From a virus (Duplodnaviria; Caudoviricetes), in IMG/VR virus record IMGVR_UViG_3300014208_000946, positions 1 to 39,940 of that record: a stretch of 39,940 bases of DNA; one strand, written 5' to 3'. Every line of letters starts with the position of its first letter. Within the stretch, counting starts at the first letter, position 1. A model generated the notes under the pieces. The model was not told the origin of the DNA, searched no databases, and saw only the letters and a program-made list of their open reading frames with translations. Below, piece by piece: positions 8,536-15,359 of the stretch. A program made the position numbers and the translations under genes.

Positions 8536-8771
8536 ACTTTTACTTCTTTGGTGTCAAGCAATTCCATGATTGCTTGCGCCATTTTAATTATTAATCTTAT
8601 CTCGCCGGTCACTCGTTGATTGTTAACATCATCGGAAGCCGACATACTTTGATAAATCGGCGTTAACAAATCGATTAAAGCGCTCAAAAGAACTGCTGTG
8701 TTAACATCGGCCGGATAGTCTTTGAGCAACTCGATGATTTTTTCTTTTAATTGTTCAAGATGTTTTTCCAT
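8532..8771 (-). CDS. Hypothetical protein
   Basis: 79 aa, ATGA overlap with the next gene. Confidence 0.7.
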   Translation of the reverse strand: MEKHLEQLKEKIIELLKDYPADVNTAVLLSALIDLLTPIYQSMSASDDVNNQRVTGEIRLIIKMAQAIMELLDTKEVKV

Positions 8772-8785
8772 AAAAATATATTAAT

Positions 8786-8866
8786 TCGCGGAGCCACGCC
8801 ATCAAAATGAGTAAAAAATGGCGTGGTGCGCTGTCCCCATGATGTCAAGCGCAATGGACTCCGCGA
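8786..8866 (-). ncRNA. Candidate structured RNA (three-way junction)
   Basis: Perfect stems: tcgcggag/ctccgcga, ccacgccat/atggcgtgg, tgcgct/agcgca. Confidence 0.6.
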
Positions 8867-8870
8867 TTGG

Positions 8871-9656
8871 TTAATAAGGCAAAATAACTTCTTTTTTTTG
8901 TTTATTGTTAAGCGTTACCTCTCTCTTTTTAAGCGTTAGGGCGGCCAAAAATGCCTCAAGGTCGGCTTTATAATCTTTGACTGGCACTTCGGTGTCCTCG
9001 AACTCGGCCGTGAATTTATCAAATCTTAAAATCCATCTTGGTCCGTCATATTTTATGCCGGTTTCCTCCTCATCGGCGTTTTGGTAGGCGGCGGTCTGAT
9101 ATCGCATTTCGTTGTAGATGGCATTGCCGGTCTTGAAATCAATCACGCACCTTAATCCGTCCACTATGGCGATGGCATCCAGCGTTCCGGCGTAGATGTG
9201 CTTTTTACTGTAAATAAATTTTTCGCTGGCTATCCATTCAACCCGATGCTCTCTTTCCCATCCGAGAAATGCCATCGCGCCGTTTAATATTTTCTCGTCA
9301 TCGGGAAGCGATGGTCTTTTCTTGGCTTTCTTTATTTTAAAATTAATATAGCTTTCTATCCAGTGGTGGATGTCTTTGCCGATATTGGCCGCCTCGATTT
9401 TAATTTCATCGCTCTTTCCGCTCGCCTCGTAAATATCGCCGTTCGTGATCTGCCGTGTTTGGCCGATTTCTATCAGCCTATCTCTCATCACTTTTAACCG
9501 CCACTCGTTTAATATCGGTTTGTTGATAATGGACAAGGCTTCGGTCACCGAAATAATTTTGTCGCCATTGCTTCGATAATATCCGCGTTTTTTTGGCTTA
9601 TCGATAAAAAATAATTTGATTGCTCCGCTATAAAGCAATATTTCCTGCTTGGTCAT
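8871..9656 (-). CDS. PD-(D/E)XK exonuclease
   Basis: ISVTE, GKDIH, SEKF, YAGTLDA, IDFKTG, YQTAAY. Adjacent to ERF. Confidence 0.88.
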   Translation of the reverse strand: MTKQEILLYSGAIKLFFIDKPKKRGYYRSNGDKIISVTEALSIINKPILNEWRLKVMRDRLIEIGQTRQITNGDIYEASGKSDEIKIEAANIGKDIHHWIESYINFKIKKAKKRPSLPDDEKILNGAMAFLGWEREHRVEWIASEKFIYSKKHIYAGTLDAIAIVDGLRCVIDFKTGNAIYNEMRYQTAAYQNADEEETGIKYDGPRWILRFDKFTAEFEDTEVPVKDYKADLEAFLAALTLKKREVTLNNKQKKEVILPY

Positions 9657-9660
9657 ATAA

Positions 9661-10482
9661 TTATTTCTTGTTGCTCATGGCCGGCGTGGACATAAAGCTA
9701 TATAGCATATCTTTGGCAACGGCCGGACTGACTTTTAACGATGGTCTGCTTTCGCCGGTCATGCTGTTATAAACTTCCAGCGCCTCGGCTTCCGTCTTGG
9801 CTCCAGCCTTAAACAAATGATGTTTTAATCTGGTCAAACAGTCAACTTTTTCATCCTGCTTTTTTTCCGCCTCTTTTCTTTGCTCGGGCGGTAACGATGC
9901 GATTCGTCCGTCATCATCCTCATCGCCGGTTAAAATACCGAAAGCATCGCAAAATGCGTATCGCTTGGCAAAAGTTAGGGCCGAAGCGAATTGCTGTTGT
10001 TTATTCATGAACGCCTCTTTGTCTATCGGTATTTGGAATTTGCTTGATTCCGAGTGTCCGGCGCGGTGCGTGATGGTGCAAACCGCCGTCACAGTTTCAC
10101 CTGCGACATCGGCATCGACCTTATAAGAAAATCCATTGTCTTTAATCAGGCCTCTGACCTGCTGGACAATGACATCGAGCGGCGCGTAGCTGTAGCGTGT
10201 TGATTGCTTGTCCCTGTTTAAAACCTTTTTGCTCTTTTTGATAATCGGGCAAGACGATTGAAAATTCGCCATGGCCTTGTCAAATTCCTCCTTGGCAAAT
10301 TCGGCTTTTAATTCCCGGCGCATGGCGAGCAATTTTTCCATGGTTTCCACCGGCGTGCCTCTGTCAATCGCTTGAGCAATTAATGCTTCAGCCGATTGCG
10401 CGACTGGCAAATTTCTTTCCGCAACTTCTACATCAACGACCTTAGTTAAAGCCTTGGTCTTAGGCTGTTTTGTCCGTGCCAT
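9661..10482 (-). CDS. erf: ERF-family single-strand annealing protein
   Basis: YSYAPLD, THRAGHSESS, SALTFAKRYA...GI.TGDEDDDG. Confidence 0.92.
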   Translation of the reverse strand: MARTKQPKTKALTKVVDVEVAERNLPVAQSAEALIAQAIDRGTPVETMEKLLAMRRELKAEFAKEEFDKAMANFQSSCPIIKKSKKVLNRDKQSTRYSYAPLDVIVQQVRGLIKDNGFSYKVDADVAGETVTAVCTITHRAGHSESSKFQIPIDKEAFMNKQQQFASALTFAKRYAFCDAFGILTGDEDDDGRIASLPPEQRKEAEKKQDEKVDCLTRLKHHLFKAGAKTEAEALEVYNSMTGESRPSLKVSPAVAKDMLYSFMSTPAMSNKK

Positions 10483-10499
10483 AAATTTTAAATTAATAG

Positions 10500-10550
10500 T
10501 TATCCACAGGGTAACTTAATTTTATCAAATATCAAGCAAAACATCAAGTC
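10500..10550 (-). promoter_or_regulatory. Promoter of the recombination operon with downstream DnaA box
   Basis: TTGATG-17-TAAAAT (10547-10519) with extended TG. TTATCCACA at 10500-10508. Confidence 0.75.
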
Positions 10551-10771
10551 CTATCAACAATGCTGATATTACGCCACTTTTTGCCGTTTGTCTTGATTTT
10601 TCCTTTTTTCTTAAGCTGGTTTATAAAATAATCCGCGCCTTGAGTGGAGCATTCTAAAAACTCGGCCATTTCCGTCCGGGTGGGCGAATATCCGTTCTCA
10701 TCGATGTATCCATATATATATGCCAAGGCTTTGTTTTCCTCCTCGGTTAATGGCAAGATTTTTTTAATCAT
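10544..10771 (-). CDS. Stand-alone LexA-like DNA-binding domain protein
   Basis: LT..E..AL.YI..YI.ENGYSPT.TEMA...L.KKG.I. No peptidase domain. Confidence 0.85.
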   Translation of the reverse strand: MIKKILPLTEEENKALAYIYGYIDENGYSPTRTEMAEFLECSTQGADYFINQLKKKGKIKTNGKKWRNISIVDRT

Positions 10772-10775
10772 AAAA

Positions 10776-11159
10776 TTAAATTAGCTTTGGTTGTTGATTA
10801 ATGTTCTCGTTTAATTTTTGTTTGGCGGCCATAAAGTCGCTCCAATTTTTCAATCTTTCTTTCAGGATGTTGCAGGCGGTTTGTTGCTGGTCTATTCTAT
10901 GCTGGAAATTATCGATGTATTCGCTTAATTCGTCAACATTCTGCGGATAGTAATATCCTTTTCCATTGGCGCAAATCGGATGGCCTTTATCTCTAAGCGT
11001 GTTTATAACCGATCGCAAATTCGCTCCAAGTTTTTTGTCTTTGTCGTAAATGTCCAAAAATGTTATCAATTCCGCGCCCGATACCGGTTTGCGTTTATTC
11101 CTGTCTTTAATCATTATCAGGATTTCGTTTTGTTTAATTGTCAGCGGATTGTTGTTCAT
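10776..11159 (-). CDS. Winged-helix DNA-binding protein
   Basis: PVSGAEL...LRSVINTLRDKGHPICA..KGYY. Confidence 0.75.
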   Translation of the reverse strand: MNNNPLTIKQNEILIMIKDRNKRKPVSGAELITFLDIYDKDKKLGANLRSVINTLRDKGHPICANGKGYYYPQNVDELSEYIDNFQHRIDQQQTACNILKERLKNWSDFMAAKQKLNENINQQPKLI

Positions 11160-12285
11160 GTTGTTTTATGGCTTTCATAATTTGAATTGCCACTTGCGGA
11201 ACAATCGCATTGCCGAGGCTCTTTAATCGCTGTGTGCGGTGTCCTGCTTTGGATAGTTTAAATCCGTCCAATTCAACGGGTAGCCCATCATCCACTCCAC
11301 AAAGTTCGGTTGCAACTTCAAGCCAGTTTTTATCCCATTCTCTTGCACAGTTCCATCCAAGTAATTTTTCTTGTAATTGTGCAAGCTCCCGGCGCTCCCG
11401 GCGCTCCCGGCATTTCCCTCCCTCGCTCTCGGAGTCGGTAGCATCGCTATATGGTCTTTCAAATCGCCCCTCCAGCTTCCTAATTTGCTCGGGTCGCGTG
11501 GCATGTCCTTTTTCAATCTTAATGGCCTCCCTTTTCCGTTGCTGTCCATTGCTTGTGGTGTCGGTATCATTTGGCTGGCCAGCACATCTTTGACTTTCAC
11601 TCCGAACCTCACGCCCTTGGCATTCTGACGACTCCAACTTCCGTTCCTCATTTCCGCATTCTTGACTGGCGCGACCTCCGCCTCGCTCGTTCTTGCGGTG
11701 GGCAACAAACCATATCCGATCTCGTCTGTGCGGCGCGTTAACGCCGACAGCTGGAATAATAAACGGCTGCACTTCGTAGTCTGCGCTTTCCAAGTCAAGA
11801 CACACTTGTTCGAATACCAACCCCCCGATAGTAAGTAAGCCACGCACATTTTCAGCGATGACCCATGTCGGTTTTGCAAGCTGTATAACTCTAAACATTT
11901 CCGGCCAGAGGTGGCGGTTATCCTCTGTGCCTCGTCTTTTGCCTGCGGCGGAAAAAGGCTGGCAGGGGAATCCTCCGGTGATGATGTCACAAAGGCTGGA
12001 TGACTGAATGCCTGCGACAGATTCACGCTGTGCTTTGTCGTATACTTTTGCTGACTGCTTTTTAGATTGTCCGTGAATGTGTCTGCCCCAGTCGGTGTCG
12101 GAAGTAATCCCTTGCCTCGTAATTTCCCTAATGTCTTCATAAATTTTTGAATTAGGCCAATGCTTTTTTAGCACTTGTTGGCAAAATTTATCATTGTCGC
12201 AAAAAATATGCTCTGAGTTCGGCCAGACTGTATCTATCGCCAAGGCAAATCCGCCAATACCACTAAATAAATCAAGATGTTTCAT
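11134..12285 (-). CDS. C5-cytosine DNA methyltransferase, alpha (catalytic) polypeptide
   Basis: DLFSGIGG (I), GGFPCQPFS (IV), ENV (VI), HRRDRIW (VIII), LKSLGNAIVPQV (X). No clear motif IX. Confidence 0.95.
   Translation of the reverse strand: MKHLDLFSGIGGFALAIDTVWPNSEHIFCDNDKFCQQVLKKHWPNSKIYEDIREITRQGITSDTDWGRHIHGQSKKQSAKVYDKAQRESVAGIQSSSLCDIITGGFPCQPFSAAGKRRGTEDNRHLWPEMFRVIQLAKPTWVIAENVRGLLTIGGLVFEQVCLDLESADYEVQPFIIPAVGVNAPHRRDRIWFVAHRKNERGGGRASQECGNEERKLESSECQGREVRSESQRCAGQPNDTDTTSNGQQRKREAIKIEKGHATRPEQIRKLEGRFERPYSDATDSESEGGKCRERRERRELAQLQEKLLGWNCAREWDKNWLEVATELCGVDDGLPVELDGFKLSKAGHRTQRLKSLGNAIVPQVAIQIMKAIKQHEQQSADN
11223..12140 (-). CDS. Nested alternative-frame beta polypeptide of the C5 methyltransferase
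   Basis: 305-codon open frame inside the alpha gene, ending LQPNFVEWMMGYPLNWTD (motif IX-like), with four (L/I)PT(P/A) units. Confidence 0.8.
   Translation of the reverse strand: MKTLGKLRGKGLLPTPTGADTFTDNLKSSQQKYTTKHSVNLSQAFSHPAFVTSSPEDSPASLFPPQAKDEAQRITATSGRKCLELYSLQNRHGSSLKMCVAYLLSGGWYSNKCVLTWKAQTTKCSRLLFQLSALTRRTDEIGYGLLPTARTSEAEVAPVKNAEMRNGSWSRQNAKGVRFGVKVKDVLASQMIPTPQAMDSNGKGRPLRLKKDMPRDPSKLGSWRGDLKDHIAMLPTPRAREGNAGSAGSAGSLHNYKKNYLDGTVQENGIKTGLKLQPNFVEWMMGYPLNWTDLNYPKQDTAHSD
11385..11411. repeat. 9-bp tandem repeat x3
   Basis: gctcccggc x3. Confidence 0.9.
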
Positions 12286-12596
12286 AAAATTACTGGGCCT
12301 TTTGGCAGTGGCATATTGCTGATTAATAATTCTTTGCCCTCTCTCGCTTTTTTATCTTTGGTTCGGGTAGTGCGATATAATAGACTGTATTTTTTAATAA
12401 ATATTTTTTGTAAATGTATTCTATACCATTTTTCTCTTTTTGTTTTAAAAATTCCTAAAAATTCACCATTCTCTAAAAATTCAAAATTTTTTATTGTTAA
12501 CTTTATATCAGGATAAATCCTTTTAGCAAATTTAATAAACTGATCAACCGTCATGTTCTTTCTTGCCATTTTTTTAATTTCTTTTTGTGTGAACAT
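12282..12596 (-). CDS. Basic hypothetical protein
   Basis: ATGA overlap with the methyltransferase start. Confidence 0.7.
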   Translation of the reverse strand: MFTQKEIKKMARKNMTVDQFIKFAKRIYPDIKLTIKNFEFLENGEFLGIFKTKREKWYRIHLQKIFIKKYSLLYRTTRTKDKKAREGKELLISNMPLPKGPVIL

Positions 12597-12650
12597 AATA
12601 ATTTACTTATGTCTGCCGACAGTTTTGTCCGTGCCGGCAGGGAAAGAAAA

Positions 12651-12869
12651 CTATTTTTTCTTTCTGCTTTTGCCGAGCTTTTTAAGCTCCTCTTTACGGC
12701 CCCATTCGGTGGCCTCTTTCTTGCTTTTGAAACCGCCTTGATAGGTTCGTTTGCCTTTGTGCTGAACCCGACAGCTCCATCCGAGCGCATCTTTGTGAAG
12801 ATACATAAACTTATATTTAAACGGCCTGATGGCCTCTAAAGTTATTTTTGGATAACATTTCCTCCGCAC
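12651..12869 (-). CDS. AP2-like DNA-binding domain protein
   Basis: W..RV...GKR.Y.G.F.SKKEA pattern. Confidence 0.6.
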   Translation of the reverse strand: MRRKCYPKITLEAIRPFKYKFMYLHKDALGWSCRVQHKGKRTYQGGFKSKKEATEWGRKEELKKLGKSRKKK

Positions 12870-13319
12870 TTAGGGCATCCGCCAACCATGTTATCAATCG
12901 GCTCTGATTTAAACTGGTGCGCGCAGTCAAGGCATTCGTATTTGATTAAAACTTCTTTCTTTGGCTTGGGTTCGGTGCCGGTCTTTTTCTTTTTATTAAA
13001 TTCGTTTTGATAACAGTTTTTGCAGAGTCCTTTCGCGGAATATTTAGTTTCGGTGGTTCCGCATTTTTGGCATTGGTCGTAAGCTCTTGACCATCGCTCG
13101 CCCGATGCTTTTTTCTTTGGCGCATACTTGGCTCTCTTGGCTTTCATCACGGCTTCGTAGCCGGATGTTTTGCCTTTTGTTTTTTTAACTTTTAGTCGCC
13201 CCCCCCCCCATTGGGTTTTCGGCTTCTTTGTTTAACTCGACACACTCAAGCATTTCGTTGCTCTCGGTGTCCAAGCAAACCAATTTTTCGGTCTTAACGA
13301 TGCGATAAAATTTAAGCAT
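12842..13319 (-). CDS. Double zinc-finger protein, split by a G11 tract (158 aa if one G is skipped)
   Basis: ATG 13319 (MLKFYRIVKTEKLVCLD...PMGGG) stops at 13185. The +1 frame continues RLKVKKTKG... into track ORF 12842-13150, which has four CxxC. Confidence 0.75.
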
Positions 13320-13325
13320 AAAAAT

Positions 13326-13766
13326 TTATTTCCCATCTGTTAAAAGGAAGTTTTTACTTTCCATTTTTTCAAACAAGGTTTTATTATTTTGATCTACAAT
13401 ATAAGGCAAAAATACTTCCTCAAATTTAACCATTTCGGTATCGATTAAAGCCATCTGCGCTAAAATCCAATCTCTGATATTTGCCCAAGCTGTGTTATAA
13501 ACTTGGTCACGCTTCATTTCCCCGGGTTTTCCTCCCCCCAAATCACACAATAAGCATCCATACATAACTCGGCTGACATTTTCCAATCTTGCCGGCAATT
13601 TAAAACCAAATAATTGGTCATTAATTTCCAAGCCAAAACTAAGTTCAACAATTTTTCCTTGCTGATTATAATCAAACATTATTTTTTTTGCGCCATGTTC
13701 GGATAAGCACTTTTGAATTTTATCAAAAGTTCCTCTGCCTTTGGATGTATAATTTTTTAATGCCAT
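13326..13766 (-). CDS. Conserved-looking phage hypothetical protein
   Basis: KNYTS...IQK.L..HGA..I, AW..I.DW..AQMA...EEVFLPY pattern, recalled from other phages. Confidence 0.8.
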   Translation of the reverse strand: MALKNYTSKGRGTFDKIQKCLSEHGAKKIMFDYNQQGKIVELSFGLEINDQLFGFKLPARLENVSRVMYGCLLCDLGGGKPGEMKRDQVYNTAWANIRDWILAQMALIDTEMVKFEEVFLPYIVDQNNKTLFEKMESKNFLLTDGK

Positions 13767-13782
13767 TTTTATGTTTTAATTA

Positions 13783-13883
13783 TCAAACAAGAGTCGGTAA
13801 GTGGCTTCATTCCGCATTTTTCAGCCGGAGCCGACTAATCATAAATTCGGCCACTATGCTTGTCGCACCGAACTCTTGTTTGA
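13783..13883 (-). ncRNA. Candidate structured RNA (long stem capped by a multi-branch junction)
   Basis: tcaaacaagagt-cggt pairs with accg-a-actcttgtttga. Inner stems agtgg/ccact, tccg/cgga, gccga/tcggc. Confidence 0.6.
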
Positions 13884-13886
13884 GAA

Positions 13887-14159
13887 CTAATCGTAATCAT
13901 AATCATTATCTTTTTTCTCAATTCCCAATTCATTTTTTAAAGCAACGCCTTTGCCTGTTAAAAGATGACCACTTCCATTTGTTCCTTCCTCGTCCATAAA
14001 AGGTTGCCATTCGCAATAACCAGCCAATTTTAAATCAAGCATAATTTGTTTAATTCTTGATTTTTTTATTCCCGTTTCTTTTTCTAAAAAATGATAACGA
14101 TATCCCCATTCCTCATCCATGTATTCAAGAATTTTTTTGTGTTCATCGGTGATTTGCAT
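13887..14159 (-). CDS. Small wHTH-like hypothetical protein
   Basis: LEKETGI..SRI..I..DLK.AG...LTGKG. Confidence 0.65.
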   Translation of the reverse strand: MQITDEHKKILEYMDEEWGYRYHFLEKETGIKKSRIKQIMLDLKLAGYCEWQPFMDEEGTNGSGHLLTGKGVALKNELGIEKKDNDYDYD

Positions 14160-14164
14160 ACCCT

Positions 14165-14761
14165 TTATTTTAAATACTCAATCTTAACTTCAATCAATCC
14201 AAAGCCTAAATCTGCGATCTGCGCGAAAGCGAAACTTGATAAATCAACAATTCTTTCGGGGCTTTGTCCGGCCTCTGGCCCGAAGTCATTCACATAGCAA
14301 TCAACACTCTTGCCGTTGGCGATATTGGTCACTCTGATGGTGCTGTATCTCTTTGCTACCCGGCTGGCGCAAGTAGCGTGATTTCTGCTATAAAATCCAT
14401 AAAGATAGCCATCAAGGTCATAATCATACCAGCTGGCCACCCCTACCTGCTGAATACCCTGTTTTTGTGGCTGTGGCTTTGCTGATGGTGCCTGTCCGGG
14501 TGGTTCCGCCTCATTGGCAGTCTTGGGGGTCGCCTCGCTCACAGGAGCTTGTGTGGCCTCAAGCGACGGCCGCAGATATTGCTTGGCATAGGCCTCCAGC
14601 GACTTTTCCTGCTGGTTGATGTAGATTGCTATCCACCATACCGAAAATCCGCCCACTAAAATAAGCAACGCGACAAAATACCGCCACTCCCCCTTTGCAG
14701 TTTTTGGCGAAAACATCGCCCCTTTTATCTTTTGATTGTCCGCCCACGATTTTTCAAACAT
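14165..14761 (-). CDS. Membrane-anchored RlpA-like double-psi beta-barrel protein
   Basis: N-terminal TM and P/Q linker, then GVASWY, RVTN.ANGKSV...VNDFGP, RIVDLS..AF. Confidence 0.9.
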   Translation of the reverse strand: MFEKSWADNQKIKGAMFSPKTAKGEWRYFVALLILVGGFSVWWIAIYINQQEKSLEAYAKQYLRPSLEATQAPVSEATPKTANEAEPPGQAPSAKPQPQKQGIQQVGVASWYDYDLDGYLYGFYSRNHATCASRVAKRYSTIRVTNIANGKSVDCYVNDFGPEAGQSPERIVDLSSFAFAQIADLGFGLIEVKIEYLK

Positions 14762-14771
14762 ATTTATATAA

Positions 14772-14831
14772 AAGTGGCCAGTTCATTCCGCCCTCACTGC
14801 AACCGCCCCGGGCATTCTTTGACGGCACCAC
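14772..14831 (-). ncRNA. Candidate structured RNA related to the 13783-13883 element
   Basis: Closing GTGGT/GCCAC stem and shared GCGGAATGAA...GCCACTT motif. Confidence 0.45.
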
Positions 14832-14839
14832 GCTAATTT

Positions 14840-15181
14840 TTAATCTTGCATATCGCGCTCAATGTCGTAAGGCTCGAGCATCCCGCCGAGCGGATATTCC
14901 GGTGTGAATTCATCATCATAACTTGGAGTGCTTCTTTTGTATGCTGGCCATCCTGTTTTCTTTTCTATAATCGCCGGACCGAAAATATCAAATCCGCAAA
15001 TTATACTCGCTGTTCTATTTATGTGATCACTCGATTCCGAGTTAAAATATACCCTGCCTTTGTTTCTTTGGCTGTAAATGTCGAAGTCGTTGCCGATGAC
15101 TTCCTGAATGCTTTTAAGTTTTGAAGTGTTTACTGGCTCAATTTTTAGACTATTCGGTCTATAAATAAATGCTTGTTTCAT
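14840..15181 (-). CDS. First early gene, DUF3846-like
   Basis: LKSIQEVIG..., VYFNSE...INRTAS....DIFGPAII. Confidence 0.55.
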   Translation of the reverse strand: MKQAFIYRPNSLKIEPVNTSKLKSIQEVIGNDFDIYSQRNKGRVYFNSESSDHINRTASIICGFDIFGPAIIEKKTGWPAYKRSTPSYDDEFTPEYPLGGMLEPYDIERDMQD

Positions 15182-15206
15182 GTCCGTGTTCTAATTGTTT
15201 AAGTTA

Positions 15207-15238
15207 ATCATACCCTTTTTAAAGCAAAACATCAAGTC
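15207..15238 (-). promoter_or_regulatory. Early promoter
   Basis: TTGATG-17-TATGAT. Shares 17 identical bp with the promoter at 10534-10550. Confidence 0.75.
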
Positions 15239-15289
15239 TTTTATCAAGCTAAAATATAGACAGATTTAGGCTTATATCTACATAAAAAT

Positions 15290-15317
15290 AAAAAGAGCCA
15301 TTTTTTTGGCTCTTTTT
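15290..15317. terminator. Bidirectional intrinsic terminator ending the late operon
   Basis: aaaaagagcca-loop-tggctcttttt. Confidence 0.85.
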
Positions 15318-15326
15318 TATAATGAG

Positions 15327-15358
15327 TTATGCACAGTTAATCCACAAAGTTATCCACA
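15327..15358. promoter_or_regulatory. Cluster of three DnaA boxes
   Basis: TTATGCACA 15327-15335, TAATCCACA 15338-15346 (1 mismatch), TTATCCACA 15350-15358. Confidence 0.7.
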
Positions 15359-15359
15359 G

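Noticed and set aside
8786-8866. tRNA or hammerhead ribozyme
   Set aside because: No TTC T-loop, anticodon arm or CUGANGA/GAAA core.
10544-10771. SOS-inducible lysogeny module
   Set aside because: The protein lacks the autopeptidase domain, and no integrase or divergent repressor arrangement is visible.
13769-13900. Stop-codon recoding (ORF with internal TAG here; TGA TGA at 2786-2791)
   Set aside because: TAG and TGA end well-defined genes elsewhere (17625, 27158, 29404, ATGA overlaps) and long genes are intact in code 11. This region is better explained as an RNA structure.
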